A DNA stretch of 64,000 nucleotides from a virus, in IMG/VR virus record IMGVR_UViG_3300047560_000767, positions 6,356 through 70,355 of that record; one strand, given 5' to 3'. The position numbers and the translations under genes are program-made. A model generated the notes under the pieces. That model saw only the letters and a list, made by a program, of their open reading frames with translations, did no database searches and was not told the DNA's origin. Shown here one piece after another: positions 30,301 to 38,222 of the stretch; within the stretch, counting starts at the first letter, position 1; each line of letters opens with the position of its first letter.

Positions 30301-32037
30301 AACAGTGCTAAATAGTTTCATTATGTTTGCAAGTCCGTTAGCAAACAGACCAAATGTCATAAGTAATACTGGACCAACTGCACCTACTGCAGCAACGATA
30401 ATTGCAACAATCTTCTTTGTTCCATCGCTTAAACCATTAAACTTATCAAGAATTTTTGATACAAACTGAACAACAGGAGTTGCTGCTTCAAGAAATGCTT
30501 TTCCTAATGGCATAAGTTCTGTTTTTAACTTTTCTAAAGACGCTGTAAACTTTGTACCCACAGAATCTGAAATCTTATTCATTTCTCGTTCAGATAGGAT
30601 AGCCATTTCTGTTGCGGATCTTCCAGCAAGACCAAGAACGGTGGAAGCCTGAGATCCATCTTTAATAACATTTTGGAACAGTGTGGACATACGAGCAAAT
30701 TGAAACTTACCAAATAACTGTTCAATAGCACGTGCACGATTGAGTGGATCTAATGTATCTAATGCTCTTGCAAAATCAACTACGGTTTGTCTTAGGTTAC
30801 CCTTGTCATTTTCAACAATTCCCGTAATATTAATTCCAAATCCAGCAAGCATATCAGATGCTTTTTTAGTTGGATTGATAAGTGATGCAAGACCAGACTT
30901 GATAGCGTTAGCACCTTCTGATGCATTAACTCCACCTTCCTTCATTGCTGTTAGGAAGAAGGCTAAGTCTTTAACATCTCCACCAAGTTGTTTGATAACT
31001 GGTGCTGCTTTTGGAATTGCAATTGTCAAATCTTCAATAGATGTTACAGTTTGGTTTTCAACTGCATTAAGGAAGTTAATAGAGTCTGCTAAATCTTTAG
31101 AAGATAGTCCAAATGCATTTTGTAATGAAATAGTTGTCTGAAGTGCTTGTTGTTGATCAATTTGTCCAAGTACTGCAAGTTTTGATGCTGCTTCTGTTTG
31201 TCGCATAAGATCTGCACCTTGGAAACCAGCCTGTGCAGCCTGTGCAGCAAGAGCCATTGTATCTTTAGCAGCAACACCAAACTTAATATATGCTTGAGCA
31301 AGTGTTTGAACCTGCTGAACCATTTTATCTGCTTGGTCGTTTGATGTGAACATATCACCATAAACACGTGTAAAGTTAACTACTTCCTTCTGCATGTCCA
31401 TAAAGGTACGTGCTGCTACGCTACCAAGCATAGATAAAGGAATAGTAAAACCAACCATCAACTGGCGACCAGCCCACTGAGTATTCTTACCAAAGTTTAG
31501 AAGTTGTGTTGATCCTTGGTGAAGAATCTGATTAAACATTGCCTGCTTTTGAGCAGCCATCATTGACTTAGTTGTATAGTCATTCATGTCAAGAATAAGC
31601 GGTCTAATCGCAATAGACTTCATTGCACCGCTGGCATCTCTGCCTAACTTAACATAACGAGTTTGAAGGTCTTTTACTCTTTCACGAGAGACCTTGTCAA
31701 TGGTATCAAATTCTGCCTGAAAGGCTTTACCAAAAGTTTTTGTAGATGCAACACCATACTTAAAATATTCACCAAGTGTTAGTTTGTTGGCTTCTAATGA
31801 CTTTGTGAATGATTCTACAGATGTAGAAATAGTTCTCATTTCGGCTGAGAACTTGCCAGTTGCTGAAACATTTCGCATCAAATCGATTGCGATGTCTCTT
31901 TGCTTGGTTAATGCTTGAGTATTAGACTTTACAATAGAGGCATTGAAAGCACTAAATTCTCTTTGAAGTTGTTGAAGTTGTGCAAGGGCAGCAGACGTCT
32001 CAATATTGACGCCTATGTTTGCATTTACATCTGCCAC
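24388..32037 (-). CDS. tape measure protein
   Basis: 2549 aa, Ala/Gln-rich helical, TP901-like core (GFTIPL...LFGK), DTVPAMLTPGEFVV C-terminal motif. Confidence 0.93.
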   Translation of the reverse strand: MADVNANIGVNIETSAALAQLQQLQREFSAFNASIVKSNTQALTKQRDIAIDLMRNVSATGKFSAEMRTISTSVESFTKSLEANKLTLGEYFKYGVASTKTFGKAFQAEFDTIDKVSRERVKDLQTRYVKLGRDASGAMKSIAIRPLILDMNDYTTKSMMAAQKQAMFNQILHQGSTQLLNFGKNTQWAGRQLMVGFTIPLSMLGSVAARTFMDMQKEVVNFTRVYGDMFTSNDQADKMVQQVQTLAQAYIKFGVAAKDTMALAAQAAQAGFQGADLMRQTEAASKLAVLGQIDQQQALQTTISLQNAFGLSSKDLADSINFLNAVENQTVTSIEDLTIAIPKAAPVIKQLGGDVKDLAFFLTAMKEGGVNASEGANAIKSGLASLINPTKKASDMLAGFGINITGIVENDKGNLRQTVVDFARALDTLDPLNRARAIEQLFGKFQFARMSTLFQNVIKDGSQASTVLGLAGRSATEMAILSEREMNKISDSVGTKFTASLEKLKTELMPLGKAFLEAATPVVQFVSKILDKFNGLSDGTKKIVAIIVAAVGAVGPVLLMTFGLFANGLANIMKLFSTVRGGFQKLTGQSQTLGMNTEYMTSEQIKNATVAASLEQVHSNLTQAYSGEASALRNLISSLRAATQAQRDFAMTNPRSMIPGYKPGQRYNSGTTRVPGSGNQDTVFSMLTPGEAVIPAGAAQHPDNKPIVAALVQGRKLRGYNEGTEEVTQPGKVASRTNVSKLPSGFIKVPSSILESRFKESDEYYLGNPIGSRTKFDEDYFKASPDEQAIMQKLKSSYLRNKDSVSEVMSNPGKVMYHPDGRIAVIGKDGKTWSLMSEETFAQHFGYITGSRKDPEGHISKVGFSTSRFMSRMPTKPPTGASAGVRKSVMESLPEEEKAKLQTERNWITDRFKKAGITDAKTIANYNKLDMSHLAHAGGGDQKWSEGQVVADTGLVNKYLQYRVQGGNPKLLQVLAEAESNPLLAKKLGLNAGKIASLKKSFAALKNIHPTTSEHYGMLREIAAFESAVGQNEPGKLSSLAQAGILGQIVDEYVGTFNKGAKAATVVDLAQIASKSAISRIRQGGNANDTSLALIDAQNEAILSRKGVQTAKAMGGVAALNRGMIPGRADGYDPTNPLQNRVVTYGTTGDITPEMRARRKMAEREAVLAKLEEKKAKALEEENKLALAQNKAMQEVNKETAPLKQRLSAYSGKVAIGAGAIAGVSIAASMAGGKLAEVAGQVMPLAFAVQGIATVLPLMANPWVAAVAAVAAIGFSIWKWNDSINQARKRGIELANSMFMTNNKLVELSKLTGTVSATELAQRTRSDSLIPNTTDATRKFGQNVVESDYGKSLMADMANAAKSGGKQMAVATLTNQMSNAIMQGILTTDQARGIVAALGDKLGSYEIPLQVSGNLTNLFGPNGENLLQSPLQIALQVQQQSFDNVQSGFENAIKNSVDVVNFVDVGKIVGGVGSAVIGGLIATAGLAAAPFSAGVSTGASVAGVGLAAAGAASAYQGATSMNQKQQQNNELAAAALQMGINQVAQNQGLVDSLNKQYDTQIKTLTAQKAATTDKARQAQLQDQINQKEAERKTAIDQITAKNKEQLDYLLKQANAMGSDVFKTAMEAQAQSLYKEGPMKVFSDKAISELSGMSDSKFKTTLEFQFASGNIDPVTILSLINMFKANPNIESKYNLLVTTAGSDADAALVLQLLSGSGIEQAQIPVYMDFINKDPKNFQSNMDALKVINGMKSKYGVTFDWKQKGAKEIAEVATAVTAIKDLPDPLTKKMVHEYAMNSKDPNQKALMEQVFANWDAIFGKSTTAKHSIILDFVAGQNANYMDQYIAAGGKKVSDFGKGRTAQAQFNAWKNSAAGQAEASAWYMKKYNPDTGTGGGGGGSTTTPTKPTASPLDTFIKQYQDLQNNTLKNLPTGWDASMKFLDSMYKKIGTKSVQSPFSGIEQDLRNLKGQFVGEDFISLITGMDPADFEKRKKNLFNFDAKGNITGLRQSAQEINSLIASINLGKFQSDNQKVLTQVQGEGNAFDILQKAGVGSAQALEMVKDQGLAAAIATGSIDPTKLKQMGDLLAKIKETSKGINLKEALSTLEGQTSLVDDGYAKAMERFSALEQAIDYKYADSIKKQTANIDAANKKIKGKNDLIGTANHDLDVMSEKETSINKAYDARLQALDEIKTINEQAMRQQQQQLTLAGALTSGDIAAAANAAQEMRAQNASDAQSRMTKALEDARTIAINSLVNAQGETRAQIEARIKNLKNDIYDIEQNELKPAQDALDTLNETIKSAKENLRVQGLSKDEWGNIKNASDLAKTAGDAYTTAMNNALTAIKAIYTNWTNLKDKTVYLNIVEQHVGSSTQGSPQVTADEKKVTVDPAKVAARDAAITAANKAIALANDHMATAQRLAFAVGQRVSDAMQKDAANELSAANAALAAAQAMPTFATGGIVPKYFGTGGFAIGTDTVPAMLTPGEFVVKKYAVENFGVDRLKSINSGTYSGESVYNYNLSVNVKSDANPDEIARAVMTQIKYIDSKKIRGVNN

Positions 32038-32061
32038 CCTTTGCTACACCTCATCTTTTAT

Positions 32062-32394
32062 TTATTTTGTTGCTTGTACTGCTGTAAGCAGTGCTGTTGG
32101 ATCTGTCAAATTAATTCCAGATGCAACTTCGATTACCTTGTAGATTGTTGGTAGATCGATTAAATCTTCTAATGCCTTACGATCTTCTGCGAGTTCTGGC
32201 TTATACTGTTGAAGTGCAATCTGTACACAATCAAGCAAAACATCCATTGACTTTTCATTATCGTTTTGAACATCTTGAATTCCATTAAATGCTCTCATAA
32301 AAGGCTTTAAAAGTGAAATCTTTAAAGGCCTTGTTTCAAGTTTAGTTCCATCCATTAACTCAATTACGGATGCTTCGTGAACTGTGGTTGCCAT
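32062..32394 (-). CDS. tail assembly chaperone (G-like)
   Basis: Between the major tail gene and TMP; SD AGGAGG; paralog of the N-terminal half of the adjacent gene. Confidence 0.7.
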   Translation of the reverse strand: MATTVHEASVIELMDGTKLETRPLKISLLKPFMRAFNGIQDVQNDNEKSMDVLLDCVQIALQQYKPELAEDRKALEDLIDLPTIYKVIEVASGINLTDPTALLTAVQATK

Positions 32395-32420
32395 ATATTT
32401 CCTCCTGTTAGATTAGATTA

Positions 32421-32429
32421 ATTATATCA
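32421..32429 (-). promoter_or_regulatory. extended -10 promoter TGATATAAT
   Basis: Intergenic, upstream of the SD. Confidence 0.65.
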
Positions 32430-32438
32430 TAGATACGC

Positions 32439-33125
32439 TTATTTTTTTGTCAAATCTTCGTATTGTAATCCCATACCAATACCAAATCCTGCCTCTTGTG
32501 CTTTTGGTCCTTGATATGACAATATGTCGTTTGAATCTGTTGCCTTACCGCCACTGAAAACTCTTGCCTTCATCTCTTCCCAAGGATCTTGTTTTCCAGT
32601 TTCTTTATCTAGGTCAACACCTTGAATTGCTGCAAAGAACTTTCGATCATTATAATCTGATTCTCTTTTTGCTTCTAGCGTTGCTAATAATTCTGGCATT
32701 GAAAAATGCGATTCAAGTTCAGCGTATTCTTTCCATATGCCTAGCAAAAACACTTCTGATTCTAATTTTGCAAGATCCAGATCATCCCAACTTGAACCAC
32801 TTTCAGATGCCTGTTTCTTTACTGGTTCATCGGACTTACTGTCTACCTTAATTCCTGCAGCAATATCTATAATCTTATAAATTGTAGGCAAATCAACGCT
32901 GTCTTCCAACTCCTCAACAGTTGTTATAGACGGATAATACTGTCTCATTGCTATTACTGCACATCTAGATAAGGCTGTTATTGCATCCTCATCACCTACC
33001 GCTTTTTTAACATTTTTAAATTCTTCTAAAAAATCTTTTAAAAATATTATCTTAAGAGGCCCGATGTTCAGTACAGTATTATCTATAAGAGTAATCGTTG
33101 CAGATTCATAAATGTTACTAGCCAT
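32439..33125 (-). CDS. tail assembly chaperone (GT-like)
   Basis: G-like N-half plus T-like C-half (W..Y.ELE...SMPEL). Confidence 0.7.
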   Translation of the reverse strand: MASNIYESATITLIDNTVLNIGPLKIIFLKDFLEEFKNVKKAVGDEDAITALSRCAVIAMRQYYPSITTVEELEDSVDLPTIYKIIDIAAGIKVDSKSDEPVKKQASESGSSWDDLDLAKLESEVFLLGIWKEYAELESHFSMPELLATLEAKRESDYNDRKFFAAIQGVDLDKETGKQDPWEEMKARVFSGGKATDSNDILSYQGPKAQEAGFGIGMGLQYEDLTKK

Positions 33126-33133
33126 ATATATCT

Positions 33134-33142
33134 ATTATAGCA
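33134..33142 (-). promoter_or_regulatory. extended -10 promoter TGCTATAAT (near-leaderless)
   Basis: 8 nt upstream of the ATG, no SD. Confidence 0.65.
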
Positions 33143-33175
33143 AAAAGAAAGGCCCAACCTCGTAAGGTTGAGCCT
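33143..33175 (-). terminator. intrinsic terminator after the major tail gene
   Basis: AGGCTCAACCT-TACG-AGGTTGGGCCT followed by TTCTTTT. Confidence 0.88.
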
Positions 33176-33191
33176 CTCATATTAAGTTATA

Positions 33192-33815
33192 TTAGTTTGC
33201 TGGGATTGTACGATCAACGATCTTACCGTATGATGCAGAGTCGTTTGGAAGCAAACGGAACGAAACTTCGAACTCGGTTGCTGCGTCACGCTTTGCTGCA
33301 ACGTTTACGCTTTCAATCGAAAGTGCACGGTATGCTACGTAGACACGCTCAATCTGATCAGATGCTGCACAGTCACCTGTTCCTGGACCAACTGCAATCA
33401 AACCACGCTCTACTGGACATTCGCCAATGTTACCTGCGGAAAGATTAAGAGTAGGATTACCAGAAACTGTAGTTAGATTACCATCTGCTCCTGCTAATGC
33501 AAAGAGAAGGTTCTCTAATGTAGATTCAGCGAAAGTAGTCTTCATGTTCACCTTCATGCCTTGTTTAAACAACTTAGCAACGTCAAGAACCTGGTCAACT
33601 TTAACTTCACCAAAATCTGGTTGGAACTGAAGTTCCAGACCATTGCTGGTGTAACCAACGTTACGGAAATCGGAATCACTTGAAAGAGTATCTTTAAATG
33701 ATGTTCCGTCTACGTATGCTGGCATGTCAGCGTCTGTAAGTGGACCGCTCTCATATGTGAAGAGAGCAGCAGCACCAACGATAATGTTGGTGTTAGAACC
33801 ACGTGTATATGCCAT
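33192..33815 (-). CDS. major tail tube protein
   Basis: IIVGAA...VGYT..GL...VDQ...E.TLENL pattern; position; followed by a terminator. Confidence 0.85.
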   Translation of the reverse strand: MAYTRGSNTNIIVGAAALFTYESGPLTDADMPAYVDGTSFKDTLSSDSDFRNVGYTSNGLELQFQPDFGEVKVDQVLDVAKLFKQGMKVNMKTTFAESTLENLLFALAGADGNLTTVSGNPTLNLSAGNIGECPVERGLIAVGPGTGDCAASDQIERVYVAYRALSIESVNVAAKRDAATEFEVSFRLLPNDSASYGKIVDRTIPAN

Positions 33816-33888
33816 ATTTTCACCTCTTTTTTTCTATAGAAATAAAAGGCAGTGTTTCCTCAAGATTAAGTATACACCCCTTTTTTAT

Positions 33889-34461
33889 TTATAGGTTTGT
33901 GTCATTATATTGTGTATTTCCTGTATTGTAGCCTTTAGCATGATAGTCATAATCGATAATTATCTTATTTCCTGCATAGGTTCTTGCTGTACCAAAATCA
34001 ATAATGTCTCTGGTTTCTTGTAATTGGTATATTTTAAAGTTGTGGAAAAAGACTGGCAACAATTGCTTTTCCTGTGGAGTTCCAGGAGATGCAACATATA
34101 AGCCATCCGCATTTAACTTTGATCTAATCCAAGAATTTACCTCTTGTGCAGATTCATCCTCACGATCAAGCAGGTCGTAGACTCTCTGAGTAACCTCAAT
34201 TAGTTGCTCTGGGGTATTGGCAGTTTTGTAGAAATAGTACAAAAGTTGTTCACACTTAATATGTGGAAATGCTTTTCTTCGCATTCTGAACATGCGGTCA
34301 TAGACTCCAAAAACATTATTAGTTGCATCTGGAAATCCTTCTGTTAAATCTTCAATGGCTGTAGGACTTGAAGGAAAGATGGGGAAGGTAAAACCAAATT
34401 CAGTGCCAATTTTCTCAATTAGGTAATCGTTAATTAATTTTGGTGGATAAGCAATAGCCAT
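33889..34461 (-). CDS. putative tail terminator / neck protein (start MAIAYP)
   Basis: TAATG overlap with the upstream gene; position before the major tail gene. Confidence 0.55.
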   Translation of the reverse strand: MAIAYPPKLINDYLIEKIGTEFGFTFPIFPSSPTAIEDLTEGFPDATNNVFGVYDRMFRMRRKAFPHIKCEQLLYYFYKTANTPEQLIEVTQRVYDLLDREDESAQEVNSWIRSKLNADGLYVASPGTPQEKQLLPVFFHNFKIYQLQETRDIIDFGTARTYAGNKIIIDYDYHAKGYNTGNTQYNDTNL

Positions 34462-35126
34462 TAGATACCAGCCCCCGCAATCCATTTATATCCAGCACTA
34501 TGACCCGAAGACTTTGTGCCTTTCCCAACCCTAAGTCCATTTTTGAAAACTTCTGGACTTTCTAGATAATCACGAATTCCACTTGAGGTCAAAAAGGCCT
34601 GTGTAAAATACTGATTAAAAAAAGAATTAAAAACATCTGCGTATTGTCCCTTTGTTTGACCTCCAGGATTTTGCACAGTTACATCATTTTTAGTAAATAC
34701 ATCTTGACCATCTACAGTAAATGCTAAGGCTTTTGCCTTAACTGGTTTAATTGTAACTGGTGTTCCATTTTCCATAATAGTTGCCTTATCATAAAATGGC
34801 ACCTTAGATCCATTTTTAATTGTCGTAGATTGCTTAAATGTTGAATTAATAGACAAACCTGTTCCCCTCATTGAGTAAGAAATGTCAAACAGTCTTGCAC
34901 TTGGGCTACCCGTATTATTCCATTCATAAACGTGATGTAATAGTTGTGGGTTTATTCTTGCATTTGAATCAATATATTGTTTTAATGTTTCAATAATATC
35001 CACACCAAAATTTTCTAAGAACTGAGTGCGTCCACTCTGAACACCATCCAAAAACCCAATAGAATAATCAATAACACCTTGTAACTTTGTTTGAAATGCT
35101 GATATGTCAAAACTTGCATTAATCAT
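34461..35126 (-). CDS. neck / tail-completion protein
   Basis: LHHVYEW...RLF...MENG..VTIKP..AKALAF; position. Confidence 0.6.
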   Translation of the reverse strand: MINASFDISAFQTKLQGVIDYSIGFLDGVQSGRTQFLENFGVDIIETLKQYIDSNARINPQLLHHVYEWNNTGSPSARLFDISYSMRGTGLSINSTFKQSTTIKNGSKVPFYDKATIMENGTPVTIKPVKAKALAFTVDGQDVFTKNDVTVQNPGGQTKGQYADVFNSFFNQYFTQAFLTSSGIRDYLESPEVFKNGLRVGKGTKSSGHSAGYKWIAGAGI

Positions 35127-35569
35127 ACTTCAGTCCCCTGGTTCTGAGATCTACGAATAATTAACTTATAATAATCTACACTGCCAAAAGGACCAGCAAA
35201 AGGTTCGTTTGTTGCAATTTCAAATAGCGTAGATTTTCCAGCACGTGGACCAGATGTCTCAATATAGATTGGATTGCAGTTTTTATCTTTGATATTTGTA
35301 ATGATAACATTTGTAACAGCAGATGCATTATCAGTACTAGAAATACGCACATCTGTTTTAGATCTTCCAATTAAAATTTTATCTTGTGTAATATTAATAT
35401 TAGGAGTTACTTCTTCACGAAATGCTGTACCAGCAGGCGTAAAGGAGCATGCAATGGTTCTATCTAAAACCCATCGCTTTATGACGTTTCCGTATGCTCC
35501 CTGATCTACAATTGGATAGTAGATATCTGCTTGCATAGGAAACATGAAATCTGGTTCCTCGCAAATCAT
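35123..35569 (-). CDS. head-closure (stopper) protein
   Basis: Size, beta-rich sequence and position. Confidence 0.55.
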   Translation of the reverse strand: MICEEPDFMFPMQADIYYPIVDQGAYGNVIKRWVLDRTIACSFTPAGTAFREEVTPNINITQDKILIGRSKTDVRISSTDNASAVTNVIITNIKDKNCNPIYIETSGPRAGKSTLFEIATNEPFAGPFGSVDYYKLIIRRSQNQGTEV

Positions 35570-35570
35570 A

Positions 35571-36491
35571 TTATAAAACTCCTGGCTTTGTAACTAATTT
35601 TACATATTTATCTAAGATTCTATCAACCATCATATTTCCAGTTCCACTCAGCATTCCCTTATCAAATTGGATTCTGAATTGATCTGTATTGTAGGTAGTA
35701 ACATATCTTTGATAGTAGTCAAGTTTTCCACACTTAATATCTTCAATTAACATTCTTGTGGCAGCAACGACATCTGGCGGAATTGCACGATATCCTACGT
35801 CTAAAATAAAGGTATAGTCAAAACCTTTTGGAAAATCTCCAATGCGGTATCCAACAAACCCTAAATCTCCAGAGCCACCAACAATTTTAGTAGGATTATA
35901 TTCCATTCTGTTATATTCATCAGAAGCAGAAGCAGTTTCTACTCTGTAAATTGCAGAGTTATCCAATAGTATCTTATATTCATATGGATAAATTGTTGGA
36001 TTTTCTACATCATATACCAACACATTATTTTCGTATACCTTTAACACCTTATTAGAATCATGCCATAAAGGAAAATAGTCTGAGCCTTGTCCAGTTGAGT
36101 TAATAATTAATTTGTGGTTATAGAATCCATCTCCAACATATGTATCAATAATAGAACGTGCAATAAGTTCATAAGTTTTATATTGTGCCACTTCGGATGC
36201 TACCTCGGAATATTCCGAAGGATCTACGTATGGACGAATAATTGATAGGTTATCTTCATATAAGATATGTTCGTGTTCGGTATCATAAAAACGAATAAGG
36301 AAGTCTCTATCGAATTGAACCTTTGATAATGGCAGTTCATAAACAACTATGCCATTGGCATCTGAAAAAACATGTACTTCTTCAACTGAGTGATCCACCA
36401 AATCCTCAATATACTGGATATACTCATAATTAGGTATGGGTAAATTCCAAGTAGTAGTTAGAGGATATGGTGGAACTCTCAATACTTCCAT
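35571..36491 (-). CDS. head-tail adaptor
   Basis: ARSIIDTY...GYRAIPPDV..A...TGN..VD.IL.KY pattern. Confidence 0.7.
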   Translation of the reverse strand: MEVLRVPPYPLTTTWNLPIPNYEYIQYIEDLVDHSVEEVHVFSDANGIVVYELPLSKVQFDRDFLIRFYDTEHEHILYEDNLSIIRPYVDPSEYSEVASEVAQYKTYELIARSIIDTYVGDGFYNHKLIINSTGQGSDYFPLWHDSNKVLKVYENNVLVYDVENPTIYPYEYKILLDNSAIYRVETASASDEYNRMEYNPTKIVGGSGDLGFVGYRIGDFPKGFDYTFILDVGYRAIPPDVVAATRMLIEDIKCGKLDYYQRYVTTYNTDQFRIQFDKGMLSGTGNMMVDRILDKYVKLVTKPGVL

Positions 36492-36492
36492 G

Positions 36493-36945
36493 TTACTTGC
36501 CGAACTCCTTAGCGACTTCTTCTGGAGTTGCTGGACGGCAGTGGCTACGTGTTAACCATTGTTCTGCAGCGTCCTTAGATACGATATTGTATCCAATATA
36601 AACCTTTCCTACGCCATTCCAAGTTACGTTACGTGTTGAATGAATTGCAACCGTATCTTCCTTTTTTGGCTTTGCAGGTGCTGACTTCTTTTCTTTTGGA
36701 GCAGCAGGTTTGGCTGAAACACCAATAATTCCATTAGCAACATCACCTAGGGCTTGTTCCTTTGGTTCTGCTGATTTAGCAAAATCTGCAGTAGTAATTG
36801 CTGTTGGCTTAGGTGCCTCTGGTTCTGTAAGATCAGGAAGATCTAAAACTGGCTCTTCGGCCTTCTCTACTGGATTTTCTACAGTCTTCTCTACAACCTC
36901 TGGTGTTGTGTCAGAAACTGCATTATCCTTAATTTCATCTGACAT
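36493..36945 (-). CDS. hypothetical head-associated protein
   Basis: Low-complexity N-half with a compact C-domain; SD AGGAGG. Confidence 0.6.
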   Translation of the reverse strand: MSDEIKDNAVSDTTPEVVEKTVENPVEKAEEPVLDLPDLTEPEAPKPTAITTADFAKSAEPKEQALGDVANGIIGVSAKPAAPKEKKSAPAKPKKEDTVAIHSTRNVTWNGVGKVYIGYNIVSKDAAEQWLTRSHCRPATPEEVAKEFGK

Positions 36946-36996
36946 ATAATACCTCCTTCTGACAATTATAACAGATTATATGTTTTTTAAAGATTA

Positions 36997-37029
36997 AGAG
37001 GGGGAGGAGATTTCGCCCCTGCCCCCTCT
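36997..37029 (-). terminator. GC-rich hairpin after the capsid gene, likely terminator
   Basis: AGAGGGGG...CCCCCTCT stem; weak U-tract. Confidence 0.6.
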
Positions 37030-37049
37030 CAAAAGGTACTGTTTACAGA

Positions 37050-38192
37050 TTAGTTATCTGAAGCAGCATCTGCCCACGCAATAGCGTCTTCTTCTTCCCA
37101 TTGGATACCGAAGCGGACGAACACAGTGTATTCAATTGTGTCCTTCTTCGCCTTGTATTCACGGTTGACGACGATATCACGCTGGAAGCCCCAAACACGG
37201 TTCTGTGGGAATGTCAAATCGACATATCCTGCAGGGTAGTAAGGAACTTCTTGTACATCGATTCCGAGAACACGAGTTGTACGTGCTCCACCGAATGTCT
37301 GAGCAGATCCATCAAGGTATGCCTGACGGTTCTGTGATGTACCAGCGACACGGTTACCCATTGCTTCAGCAATAGCGTCAGCAAGTGTACCGTTGTGCTT
37401 CACGATGCCTGCGAATGCGTCTGTACCAGCGTAGAACTTAAGATTATTCTTAAGTGCACGGTACTTACGTGGCATTGCAAGGACAATGTTCTGCATAACT
37501 TCTGGTGTCCATGCATTGTCAGCAACAGTTACAACAGACTCGTGTGAGTTTCCGTTGTCCTTGTGCTTCTTGATGAAACCAGGCATGATTGAAAGGAAGT
37601 TGCCTGTTGAACCATCACCATTGATTGCGAGATCTTCGATATCGTTAGCAAAAGCGTTTGTCATAAGACGAACGAGATGGTCTTCAAGTGCACCTCCTTC
37701 AATATTATCTTCTAGTGCTTCAGCAGAAACTTCCCAGTCAAGACGAATCTTTTTGGTTGTAAGTTCTACCTTTGTGAATGAAGCACCTGCGTTGACGTAG
37801 TCACCAACACCTTGAGCAGCAGCACGGATTACACGCTCACCAACATTAACTTTTTCAAGTTCCATGGTGTTTGCTCTCATTGTGACACGGCGACCATCTT
37901 GGGCGAGAACAGTAGCATCCCATACATAATCGATGAAACGCTGTGCTTGTTCAGGACGAAGGATACCGCTTCCAGCCTCACCCGAAGGATTCACTGCATT
38001 TGGTCCCGATGTTAACCCAAGATTTGCATTTGGAATGTTGCCAAGGGCACCACCAGTAGCATAGTTTCCAGGAATGTTAGATCCCGCTTCAGATCCTGAA
38101 GCAAAAGAACCTTGTGACTGGTAAAGACCTGGTGTTGTACCACCGAGTTCTCCAGACTCTCCTGGCTGATTTTTAATTAACTCTTCCGACAT
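37050..38192 (-). CDS. major capsid protein (HK97 fold)
   Basis: GILRPEQ..RFID, EALEDNIE, DIEDLAINGD; follows the protease gene. Confidence 0.9.
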   Translation of the reverse strand: MSEELIKNQPGESGELGGTTPGLYQSQGSFASGSEAGSNIPGNYATGGALGNIPNANLGLTSGPNAVNPSGEAGSGILRPEQAQRFIDYVWDATVLAQDGRRVTMRANTMELEKVNVGERVIRAAAQGVGDYVNAGASFTKVELTTKKIRLDWEVSAEALEDNIEGGALEDHLVRLMTNAFANDIEDLAINGDGSTGNFLSIMPGFIKKHKDNGNSHESVVTVADNAWTPEVMQNIVLAMPRKYRALKNNLKFYAGTDAFAGIVKHNGTLADAIAEAMGNRVAGTSQNRQAYLDGSAQTFGGARTTRVLGIDVQEVPYYPAGYVDLTFPQNRVWGFQRDIVVNREYKAKKDTIEYTVFVRFGIQWEEEDAIAWADAASDN

Positions 38193-38222
38193 ATTGTCAC
38201 CTCCAAGTTTTTCTTATCTTTA

